Below are positions 49,701 through 60,807 of a stretch of DNA of 64,000 bases, one piece after another (positions within the stretch are counted from its first letter, which is position 1; each line of letters opens with the position of its first letter). Source of the stretch: Octopus sinensis (lineage: Eukaryota); the NCBI RefSeq assembly GCF_006345805.1, contig NW_021831988.1, forward strand, positions 186,001 to 250,000. Reading direction: 5' to 3'. Position numbers and translations under genes: made by a program. The notes beneath the pieces were generated by a model, which was not told the origin of the DNA, made no database searches, and saw only the letters and a program-made list of their open reading frames with translations.

Positions 49701-50400
49701 ACCAACAGGAGTACGCCATGGCGAGTCAATATTCTTTGTGAGTATTTCGTTGACATTGTGGAGAATCCGAGCAGTGGACTCGTCGTCGCCATATTCGAGG
49801 AGTTGTCCTATTTTGTCGAGTATAATGGCCAGGTTATTCCAATTGTCGGAGTTAGTCAAAAATAAGTGGAGACATTCCGTAAGTGCCATCAGGACGTCCG
49901 CAGTCGAGACGAGTTGTAGTGGAAGAGAATTAATTAACTGGGGTGAGGTGGAACTATACCTCAATGATGCAATCGAGCATTTGGAAGAACATACTCGGCC
50001 GAGCGAACATATGAGCGTGGTACAGGCGGAGGATCAGGACGACCAATACTTCGTCCAAATTGGGAATTATTTTGACCGAGTCGCCGTTGAATGTCGTGTA
50101 TTTATTTATGCATTCCACACACTCCACCACGGTCGCCTGTGAAGAGGAAGGGGCTGTCACGATTTGGGAGAGGAGAGGCAACATTACTTCTGCCGGGAAT
50201 CTATCGTTCGGATGCGGGGAAACCTGTCGAATATTATTTCTACGAATCGACAATTATGCTCGATGAAATGATTGAGTTGCATTTCAGGCCCCATATCCAT
50301 CCAATTCAGGACTCTTTCTTCCCCCATTATACCACAAATGATGACCATTCTACCCCGGGGGTATATAAACCGACGAATGGACGTAATTATTCTGTAATTA
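43731..50400 (-). CDS. TRIP12-like: TRIP12/UFD4-like HECT ubiquitin ligase family protein; start approximate
   Basis: N-terminal helical/ARM-like region; GEAGEGIGPTKEFY, GLFPAP, LGVLIGKCLMD, FVTGSSFLPIGGLSSLRPPLTV; catalytic position reads Tyr. Confidence 0.8.
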
Positions 50401-50572
50401 CTTTGCAATTTACTGACTTTAATATTTTGGAGTATGAGAAGTTGTCGGGCACAAGTGGGGAGTTCAAAATGGAGAAAGGAGGTATGTGGAGTGGAATAAT
50501 ATTTATTTGTTTAGTTAATCCAAAAAAGGGTGTTTGAGAGTAGTATTAATAATATCGTGCATTTTAGCTGAG

Positions 50573-52100
50573 ATGGGCAAGAAGATAGCTGTAATGTATT
50601 TGTGTGACTCGAAAGACGCAAGTGCTGTATGTTCTCTACGAACACTCGACAGGCTATTCCATTTTCCGAGTGTCCGAATTCGAGGAGATATCTCTGATGC
50701 TCCCCCAAGTGATGGCCGGCAGTTCAGACCTCAGCAAACTCAACTCGGTGATCAAACTCGTGGCATTCTCCCCCTTCCTCTCGGGAATGAACGCCCTGGA
50801 CAACATGATTGCAGTCTCCGAAGGTGTTTTGTGGCTGTCAGTGCAGGACTTGTCCACTCCGACTTGAAGAACGTGCTGACGACATTCCTCCCCCGTGTGA
50901 AACATCAGCAGAATGTGTTGGGAGTGGGGGACCACCGACTGGCCTCGGCAATCGGGGACGAACTGAGCATAAAGTGTGTGACGAATGAGGCAGTGAATGA
51001 GACTCTGCGAGGTACCCCTCCCTCCCTTCGCAGGCATTCGTGCATTCTACACTCGCTTTGTGACCAAGGTGGCCAGGGGGGCGGAGAAACAGTCGCAGTT
51101 GGGACTGGCACACTCCTATTCCCGTTCCAAAGTCAAGTTCAACGTGAACAGAATGGACACGATGGTGGTGCAGGGGGTGTCCTTGTTGGAACAGTTGGAC
51201 AAGAACATCAACACGTTCTACATGCGCACGAGGGAGTGGTACTCCTATCACTACCCCGAACTGGCCGGCCTCCTCTCCGATGCCCTCAAATATGCACAAG
51301 TCGTGGCTGCCATCGGGAATAGGGCACATGTGGAGGGAGACCCCGCACTGAGGGACAAGTTGGTGGCCATCACACAGGACGAGTCCCAGGCCGACCTGAT
51401 CATCCGCACTGCCAAATACTCGACTGGTGTCCCCCTCCTGTCATTGCAGGCATGGAGTTGGCTGATTTCGATGTATTGAACCTGAACAGACTGACAGCCC
51501 AACTGATCTCCCTCTGCATGTACCGCAAGCAAGTGCAGGAGTACTTGGGCAACAAAATGACGTCGATTGCCCCCAACCTGGCCGAGATTGTGGGCCCTTC
51601 GATGGGTGCCCGTCTCATCTCCCACGCCGGCAGTCTCACCAACCTGGCCAAACTGCCTGCCTCCACCATCCAGATTATGGGGGCAGAAAATGCACTTTTC
51701 AAGTACTGCCACTTCTCTACCACAGGGCCATCAAAAGTCGAGGAAAGACACCCAAATATGGACACATCTTCCACACAACCTACATCGGGAGGGCCACCTC
51801 CGAGAACAAAGGACGTGTCGCCCGTGTGCTGGCCAACAAGTGCTCAATCGCCTCCAGAATTGACTCCTTTTCTGGTTGGGTGGCCGGGGGATGTCTAGAT
51901 GTGCCCACGAGTGTGTTTGGGAGACATTTGAAGCAGCAAATGGAGAACAAGCTCGAGTTCCTGGGGGGTGGGGACTACCCTCCCTCGAACGCGGAGGTCA
52001 TGGAGGTGGCCTGCCAAGAGGTAGAGGGTTGTGTCATCCCAGGCGGAGAAGGAGAGACGTGGGGGGGTCGATTGTGGGAAGAAGAGGAAGAGACAGTCTT
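50573..52100 (+). CDS. NOP56: Box C/D snoRNP protein NOP56; 3' end approximate
   Basis: LYVLYEHSTGY...ALDNMIAVSEG, LAHSYSRSKVKFNVNRMD, REWYSYHYPEL, GARLISHAGSLTNLAKLPASTIQIMGAE. Confidence 0.93.
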
Positions 52101-52315
52101 TATGTGTGTGACCAGCTGACACTTTCGGTCGATATTTTTCCATTGACGTTGTTCTTACCTTATTGGACGTGTTAATTAGGCTGACCTCACTACTCCAATT
52201 TTAAACTAAAAAGATTAAAATTGGAATATTATTAATTTAGTTATAAGTTATCAGGTTGTATAATTGGACTGATTAACCACAGATTATTAGTGGATTATAG
52301 CGATTCATTAGTGAG

Positions 52316-54431
52316 ATGGTCCAGCACTACAAGTCTGCAGTTACAGTCTACCACGAGCCATTTGAGTTCGTGATGAAGGTGGGTGGGTGACTGACCAGGC
52401 AGGCCTACGAATGCCGTTTCCCTTCGACGGAACTGATCCCCGTGTTCCTGTCCAGTCAAGTATTGAAGGAGGAGTTGTCTGAGGACGGGGCAGTCCACAC
52501 AATCGTGCGGAAATGCAAAATCGCACTGGACGTGCCGTATATGGTCAAGAAAGTAGATTGCAATGACAACCAAGCAGATAATCGGAATCGACGTGGGGTA
52601 CTTTATCCAGACAAACGTGCTGGACCTGCGGGAACGGACACTGGACATTTTCGGACACAACGAGACGTTCAGTTCGCGGATAAAGATCGAGGAGTGCTGC
52701 AAATACTACGTAGTGGTGGTGACTACGACAGGTGCACCCCGAACACCCCCACTGGACGTGCTTCGAACAGCAGGCCTCCCTCACCATCTTCAAGTTCTTC
52801 GGCCTGGAGAAGACGGTGGAGAAGATAGGAGTGAAGCAGTACCTCAAGAACATTGACATGGTGAGGGACACGCTTATTGTAGGGCAAGGAAGTGATGCAC
52901 GTATTCCTCCGTCGACTGCGTGAGGAGGGAGTGGGGGACATTCCTGTGTGGGACGGGGGGAGTGTGGGGAGGACAGTGCAGGGGAAGAGTGGCAAGTTGG
53001 ACAGTGAGTACATCAACCTATACATTGGCCGAATCAATTCCATGACGGAGAGTGCCCTCGTCGAGTTGTACGACAACCTCCGCCCTGTCTACCACGATAA
53101 GGTGAGTCCTCCCCCCATTCCAGCTGCCCTCCTACTCCGTCGGCTACCGATTCCTCCACGCCGCAGAAATGTCGGTGGGGCGGGCCAAGGACATGCTCCA
53201 ACACTCCATTGCGTGGAGGAAGGCCAACGAAATCGACAAGTTGTACGACAAGTACAGTCCCAGTCCACTCCTGAAGGACTACTTCCTGACGTCGTGGCAT
53301 GGACAGGACATTCGTTAGTGCATTGAGTGACTGGCAGATGGGGCACCCCTCCTCCTCGTGTGCCTGTCCAAGATGGATGTGAAGGGTCTCCTCAAGTCAC
53401 TGGGAGAGGAGGAGATAATTCGACACATCTCCTTCATATGCGAGGAGGCACTCGTCAATGTGCGCTGTGCCTGCGAGGAGGCGACTGGTCACCCCATCCA
53501 GTACTCCCCTCACTCACTCGTAGAGGCATCACAGTCCTCGTCGACATTGACGGTCTCAGTCTGCGCCACCTGTGGGGTCCCTGGATTAGTCTCCTCGTGA
53601 ATGTGATCGACCTCTGTCAGGCCAACTACCCCGAATGTCTCAAAACTCTCCTCATCACGCGGGTGCCCTCCACCTTCCCCCTCATTTGTACAATCCTCCG
53701 ATCACTCCTCGACCGCATTTCTCACTCCAAGATTGCCGTCTTCACTGAAAACGAACTCGCCGGACTTGCCCAGTTCATCCCCTCAGACCAAATCCCCGCC
53801 TTTTTGGGGGGGCCCTCCCAGTCGGGGGTGGATTTGAAGCTGGACAACTGCCAAGTGCCGATGGAGAATTACTGCAACGGGACCCTAATAGTGGACGACG
53901 ACAAGGGGAACACAATGGAGACACACCGGGGTAACAAGTTGTGGAGTACTTCCCTCTACCGTTCCATCTACGTCGTCAAGGACAATCCACATGAGATTGA
54001 ATTCCAGGCCAATTCGTGTGATGTGATCCACTGGGACTTTGATGTGCTCAAAGGGGACGTCCTCTTTTCCATTTTCCTGGTGAAGGAGGAGGACAGTCAG
54101 TTTGTGTGTCCCAAGCCCAGGAAGTACTCCTTCGTGGGGATCAGCAGTGGAATGAGTCCTCGCCGACTGCTGCGACACTCCCACAAACTCGACCCAGTCA
54201 TCCCCGTCTTGGAGTACCACTTTGGCAACAGTGTCCAGGACTCACTCAAAGTGGCTGTCAAAGGCTTGTATGTCCTCCAGTGGAGTGCCTCTGCCAATTT
54301 CCTCCAGTCCAAGAGCAAGTTTATGTACTATGCCCAACTGTTCACGAGGGAGGACATCAGGTCTGACTGTTTTCAGTATTCTTAGGGGCTCACTCTCCAG
54401 TTTGTCCAATTCAGTCAATTGGTCGCTGTGA
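52316..54431 (+). CDS. SEC14L1: SEC14-like protein 1 (PRELI/MSF1, CRAL-TRIO, GOLD)
   Basis: MVQHYKSAVTVYHEPFEFVMK|AYECRFP, WTCFEQQASL, ANYPECL, IPAFLGG, IHWDFDVLKGDV, GLYVLQW. Confidence 0.9.
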
Positions 54432-54479
54432 TTTAGTCATTTTATATATCTTATATTTTGGAGTAGGGTTTATAAATAA

Positions 54480-54670
54480 GTCGCAGTAAGGGCCATTGAG
54501 TTGACACACCCTCTGAGTGCCCTCACAGTCCGGTTTGAGAGGGTGACAATTCAGGCACTGCCACCTCACATGGCTACCCTCGATCGAAGAACCTCCACCT
54601 CTAAGAACTGCAGGATACCTATGATTCCACCCTGGTTAGGTAGACTATGTTCGCCATCGACACAAGATTA
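54480..54670. ncRNA. Candidate structured non-coding RNA; identity unresolved
   Basis: GC-rich intergenic island with two interleaved inverted-repeat pairs and a CR-V-like 15-mer on the minus strand; see findings. Confidence 0.25.
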
Positions 54671-54828
54671 ATTTAATTAGTTACAGAATACTCCAGTCTA
54701 TGCGATATTTCGAAGGCAGACTCTATACATTTTATTATGATTAATATTTGTTATTATTTTTGAATTAATTAATCACGGCAAACCATCGTATGTATAAAAA
54801 TAACTATTTTTGGCACAGTTTGAGAATA

Positions 54829-55422
54829 ATGGGTATGAGTGTTCTCTCATTCTAGCAGACAAGATAGATTTGATGTATTTGCACGCACTCTCCAAACAAC
54901 TGGCAAAACATTTCTGCAGTTGGGAGACTAAACATGAGGTGGACACAATGATAGAGGACGTACTCCTATCCACAATCAATTTGACAGGAGGACACCATTT
55001 CCCTCTTGGTGGACCACATCATCTACCTCAAATCAATACTGGAAATCATCAGCAAAAAGTCAGGACCGGACTCACCATTCACAATGTCCCGAATGAACGA
55101 CCTGTACGGCCACCTGGTAACTCCACATGCAAGTAAGGACGACTGGACTCGAAGTGATATCATCGAGAACGTCTTTGCCCCCGCCATTGATCAGATCACA
55201 CCAATCAGTACTCCTGTAGGCCTAAGAGTAGTCCCCGAGTACAGGAGAGGGGAAATGACTCACCTCCGCAAGTGCTACAATAAACACGCCTCTGTCGTCA
55301 GTTGTTTCCTCTCCGCCTACGATTTGTATTCTGATGGGTGTCCGAATGGGGAATTGTCACTGCTGCCTCCCAACGACTCGGGACTGGCCTCCTTTGATTC
55401 GTGGAGTGTTGTCCTTCCTTGA
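54829..55422 (+). CDS. Uncharacterised ~180-aa protein
   Basis: Two GT-AG mini-introns (23 and 28 nt) join ORF segments into one frame MADKIDLMYLH...SWSVVLP. Confidence 0.5.
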
Positions 55423-55472
55423 TGACTGTTTAGGACGACGAGTGAGTTGTGTTGACTAGATTACTGTCTTTA

Positions 55473-56405
55473 TTAAATTGTGGGCATCAGAGAGAAACAC
55501 AAGTCAGAATGGGCCAACACCACACTCTTCTCCTCCAACACGTGCAATGCAGTCAGCACGTGCTCGTCCTTTAATTGGTGGAGGTCAAAGACTCGTCTGA
55601 CTCGTCGGGCAATGAGAGTGTAGTAGGCGCCCTCCACCTCCTCTCCCCCGCATTGGGGGATCCCGCCCATTGCCCGCACGACCATCCCCTCCAGACTCAT
55701 CCCCACCACCACCCTCACCAGGCAGTACTCCCCCCCGTTGGGATGGTGTCTGTCCAGTCTGAGCACTCCTGAGGACTCCAGTCGTAGGAGAGTCTGTTTG
55801 AGTCCTTGGGGAGTGAATGAGTGCCTAATCTGAGGGAGGTCGAGCAACTCGCAGGCCATGAACCGAAATATTCGATTATCCTCGAGGAAAGTGGCAAGCC
55901 ACTCATTCTCCTTTTCTAATTGCTGTCTGAGCAGACTGTCGGCCACGACTTGTTGTAGGCGGGAGTGAGTGTCGGTGGGAGAGGAGTAGACACTCTGGAG
56001 GGACAGACAGTCCTCTATCCACTTGGTCTCCTCGTCCACTCCTCGGACTGTCCTCATTATTTTGACTGCCACTTCTCTCCTCTTTATTTTGAGGAACCCG
56101 AGGACATGCACAAACAGCCCCACTTGGAGGGCGTCCGAACAAAACCAGCAGTGGTGGGACAACCCAATCGGGGGCACTCGCGAACAGCACAGTCCGTCCT
56201 TCCACAGAGTGCACACAATCGAGTCCGTCCCGTCATCCACCGTGCAGGTCAGTCGTGTGGCATATCGTTGGAGGTGGGTGACTACTCCGAGGATATACAC
56301 GTGTTGTGCTAGGGATGACTATAATGCTGTGCCTGCTATTCCCTTAATGAAGCAGTGAATGTATGTGTGGGAAAGTGGGTCCAACCTGTCCACAACCTGA
56401 GTCAT
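55473..56405 (-). CDS. STN1: STN1-like CST complex subunit (OB fold plus winged helix)
   Basis: LDP near the N-terminus and VYILGVV...CTVDDGTDSIVCTLWK OB-fold signature; first intron is probably GC-AG (56309-56332). Confidence 0.7.
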
Positions 56406-56433
56406 TTTATTAATAATAAATAATAATTAATAA

Positions 56434-57722
56434 ATGGTTGTGGTGGTGTGTTAATGTGCAGAGTTTGTGTGATCTGTCTGACTACATTCCCACCGCGTGC
56501 AAGGAAGGGGAGGCCGGTCTGGGGCGAGTCCACGACCTGTACTTGCAATACAAGGTAGATGGTGTGCTGAGTACAGTGCTTGCAAAAACAATCCGAACTG
56601 GTCCAAATCCAGCAGGAGTACATCAAGGACGAAATTCGGAGTCTCAAGTCAGAACTGTTGCACGCTCAGGAGGAAGTACGCAAAATACAATTCCCTCCCC
56701 TCGTCATTGGACAGTTCCAGGAAATAGTGAGCCACGACTCGGCCATCGTGGGGTCCACCACTGGGTCCAACTACTACGTCAAAATTCTGTCAATAATCGA
56801 CCGGGAGTTGTTGAGGACGGGGTGTTCGGTGGCCCTCCACAAGCACAGCAATGCCCTCGTGAATGTGCTCCCCCCCGAGGCCGACAGCAGTATTATGATG
56901 CTCCGACCAGACCAGAAGCCCCAAGTCACCTACAACGACATTGGGGGGTACGACCAGCAGAAACAGGAAGTGAAGGAGGCCGTCGAACTCGCTCTCAACC
57001 AGTACGAACTGTACAAGCAGATTGGGATTGACTCCCCCTGCGGAGTACTGTTGTATGGTCCCCCCGGATGTGGCAAGACTATGCTCGCTAAGGCAGTGGC
57101 ACACCACACGTCCGGTACCCCCCACTTATCACCCGCAGCCTCCTTCATTCGAGTTGTGGGGTCGGAGTTTGTGCAAAAGTACTTGGGGGAGGGTCCGCGA
57201 ATGGTGAGAGATGTCTTCCGACTGGCCAAGGAGAATGCCCCTGCCATCATCTTCATTGACGAAGTGGATGCCATCGCCACCAAACGATTCGATGCCCAAA
57301 CAGGGGCAGACCGGGAGGTGCAGAGGATTCTCCTCGAGTTGCTCACTCAAATGGACGGATTTGACCAGAATATTAATGTCAAGGTCATTATGGCCACCAA
57401 CCGAGTCGACACACTCGATAAGGCCCTTCTCCGTCCGGGCAGACTCGACAGGAAAGTCGAGTTCCCTCTTCCCAACAGAAGACAGAAGCGTCTCATTTTC
57501 TCCACCATCACTGCTTCTATGAGTTTGTCGTCTGATCTCGACCTCGAGGAGTTTGTCGCCCGCTCGGACAAGATTTCGGGAGCAGACATCAACTGCATTT
57601 GTCAGGAGGCGGGCATGCAGGCTGTGAGGGAAAATAGATACACCATTTCCAATGCTGATTTTGAAAAGGCGTACTCAAAGGTGGTCGACCGAAAGCAGAA
57701 CGAGTACGACTTTTACAACTGA
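56434..57722 (+). CDS. PSMC4: 26S proteasome AAA-ATPase Rpt3 (regulatory subunit 6B)
   Basis: [69 protein letters not shown]. Confidence 0.97.
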
Positions 57723-58165
57723 TTACATTCTTTGGCTGTTCTTGGTTATTCCCAATAAATTAGTTTCATTGCTTAATGTCACGGGAAAGCACACAGAGAT
57801 TCTCTAAGAGTCCACATTGTACTCCAGAAAAGGAGAAACCAGTAAATGTTCGTAAATCTACTCGCACTCAAAAGAGAGGGCCAGTCTTTCAACAAGCATG
57901 AGGCTGGCAAAGACCCAGATGGAGACAAAGCTTGATCCGGACGGATTCATCACCAAGAGGGCTCCCGTAACGTCCAAAAGACACCACGTTCCTTTTGATT
58001 CCTTTTGAGTTTCTCTGTAGCCTTTGTTTGCGGAAATTGCTTGGCAATCCGCTTCTCCTAAAGGTTCTCGCTTCTCATCTCTTTTAGTTTAATTTCTGTT
58101 AATAATTGCTCAAATTGTTCAAATTATACTTTGGTTTGAAACTAATCGTTGTTGCTACAACAGCC

Positions 58166-58447
58166 ATGCATCTTCGGATTATCACTCTTATTCACAACCG
58201 ACTAAAACTTAGTTCGGCGAAAAACATGTCTCAAATTCACTTTCCTCAAAAAGTTATCGCGGAAAGGGGTTATGATGTCTGCAATACTTCTGGGTCATTT
58301 TTTGAGAAGCCCGTGACTTACTACTCTTCCATCTTTTCAGCATTGACTTTGACCTTTGTCAGTGTTTTGATTGGTTCTTCAGTTGCCAAGAAGTGCGCGT
58401 CGTTGTTAGAAGAATTGGATATTTGGTCTCCCGAAGACAATGACTAA
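58166..58447 (+). CDS. SMDT1: EMRE, essential MCU regulator
   Basis: Presequence-like N-terminus, SGSFFEKP, single TM and ASLLEELDIWSPEDND matching the EMRE C-terminal pattern. Confidence 0.75.
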   Translation: MHLRIITLIHNRLKLSSAKNMSQIHFPQKVIAERGYDVCNTSGSFFEKPVTYYSSIFSALTLTFVSVLIGSSVAKKCASLLEELDIWSPEDND

Positions 58448-58919
58448 TTAATTTATTTAATGAACTTGTTTGACTAATGCGAGTTTCTTAGAGGCGTTTT
58501 AAATGAACAGCGTATGAGTGATGCAATTTAAGAGTACCCACCTCCCTATATGTCAAGGAATACGTTGGCAATCAATGTTGCAGTGCCCCATCTCGGAGGT
58601 GAGCACATATTTCGATGATCATGCTTCTTTTATAATCCATGTTATGCTATTCGAAATATTAATTCCGTCCAAATTATTTTGTTTTTTGTTATCAGAGATC
58701 AGAAATTCGTAGATGTTTGCTTTTCAAACGAGCACGATGTCTCTGAAAAGGCTCCTCAAGAGTGGTGACAATGTAGACGACCCGACATTAAAGTTACGGG
58801 TCTCGTGATTTTTGCACTGTATAATTTTGTTGAACAAGTTTTGTTCGTGATTATTATTATTATTCAACCAAGACCACCGTCTAAAACCCAAAAATAACTA
58901 ATCAGGTGATCCCGGCTTT

Positions 58920-59300
58920 TCTAAGAAGAGTCCTCATTTTTCCCTGACGTTCTTCCCCTGTTCCCGCACATTTCCTGTAAGGGCGCAGCGGGTGAGTCGT
59001 TGCGAATGTCATCCGCCCGTTTCATTGCAAGATCTCCTCAACAGTGGCAACATTTAGTTTTTTGTTTGGTCATTCTAGAGTTTTGCTTGAAAATTTATCC
59101 CGGTTAGTGTAGCTGATCGTATTTCCTGCGCAAACATAGCTGATTGTGAATTCCATGTACTGTTTATAGACTGTTTGGCGAATGGCAAAGCTCGTCCACT
59201 GTGATTGTTTGTGGTCCATATTTATAATCTGTGTTCTTGTATTTATTAGCCCGATTACCCATTATAGATACACCTCACAAGCAATAGTATTAATCACTGT
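58920..59300 (-). mobile_element. Degenerate LINE 3' remnant, paralogous to 22700-23080
   Basis: Shared nucleotide blocks with the 22.7-kb relic; broken translation WTSFAIRQTVYKQYMEFTISY. Confidence 0.4.
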
Positions 59301-60222
59301 CGCACTAATTATGCTTTCAAAGCATTTTCCGCGATCAAAAGATATTCTACTGAGGCGTACTGCTAGGTTAGAATTTATTGTACAAAAATAGGGAAACTTG
59401 AGTAAATTTAATTGATCAGTACGATTGCAAAACAGTTGCTGTAATAACAATGAGTGACCTTATTAGTGGCTAGTGATTTTTTTTTAATTAGTGAGGTTAA
59501 ATGTGTTATCGGCACTGCGAATTCGCAAGTTTTGGATGTCTCGTTGGCGACTGTTGGTGTTGTTGTTCGAGTTGTTGAACATCCTGAAAAGGAGGAATTG
59601 ACGTATTTTGTGCAGAAGGGAATTGCTGAGTGAACTCTGCGTCCTGAGGAACAGTGATTAATTTAGCAGCACGCTGGGTGAGTGATGAGGTGGACTTACT
59701 CTATGACTTAGAAAGAGGAGGCAATGTAGAATGTGAATTTTTTGTAATTTTTGTTTGTCAATTGAGCATTGTTTTCCTCACTTATATTTTTTGCTGGCGA
59801 TATAAATGCGAAAATCCAGACAAAAAAAGAACTCAAAAAATACCTTCATGGAACTTTTTTGTACTTATTAAGAAATGTATCAAAAACGACCGCTCCGAGC
59901 GAAAAGCGTGTTGGGAATTGGAGTTTTTTATAAGGTATTTGACCTGGGAGTCAGTTATTTCTATTTTGCTTGGGGTTTTGTGTTCATGTTCATTTGACTA
60001 ATTTTTGCTAGATGGTCTATGAGTAAGTTTGCTTGTTCCGAAAAAGATTTTGTCTCATTTTTGAGCATAGGCAAGAACTATATGTGCAAGTTTAATGAGA
60101 TAGGGCAATAGATTTTAGGGTCTTCCAAAATTGAGATGGATTAGTTTGGTGGTCGAAGGACGAGACGAAGGTTCCCCATTTTCTTGTTTTCTCTTCATCG
60201 ATTAAGAGTTAAATTTTCTTAT

Positions 60223-60640
60223 TTATAAGAGCAATCTCTGGGTGCCAGGGGTCACTTGAATGGTTCGTCCGTTTAGGACTGCGCTTTTTCTAATTAAATC
60301 CACAATTTTGCACCCGAAAGGTCCACCCGACTCCTTAATAAACCCTCTTGGTACAAATTTGTGGTCGGCGATTTGGATCGTGGTGACGAAAAATTTCGAG
60401 GCCTTATTAAGCAAGACAAAGTTTTGTAGTGAGAAGTATTCAAAGATATCCGGGAAGCGTAAGCTTTGGGCTCGTTCAATTGCTGCCTGTGGAGCACCAC
60501 TGATGGAGTCTACTAGGAGAAGAGCTGAAAGTCCTTTAGTTGATGGAAACCCGGTTTGGGCATCCGAATGTCGCCACGAGAAAGTGATCCACTTCGACAT
60601 CCTTGAGTAATGACGTTCTGCATCGAATCAGACTGGGAAA
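60223..60640 (-). CDS. Unassigned ORF segment, probably part of a multi-exon gene
   Basis: 125+ codon open frame, GC-richer than flanks; no recognisable motif. Confidence 0.25.
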
Positions 60641-60807
60641 GTAACCAACTGCCGTAGCGTTTTCTTTGTCGTTAAATAAATATGAGGATTGTTTATTTTT
60701 CAAAAACACATAAATTGAAAATTTAACACGCGGCCGGGATTTTTTGGAAATGCATAATTAATCAGAATTTACGTCAAAAAAACCGATAAAAAGATCTGTT
60801 CGTTATA

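Noticed and set aside
56309-56332. Stop-codon reassignment suggested by an in-frame TAG in STN1 and an exon-terminal TAA at 37077-37079
   Set aside because: TAG, TAA and TGA all terminate well-conserved genes here (LC8, RPS16, PSMC4), and long conserved ORFs have no internal stops.
44659-57598. Many antisense or overlapping ORFs of 60-260 aa in the GC-rich block
   Set aside because: Expected shadow ORFs of GC-rich coding sequence; no independent motifs.
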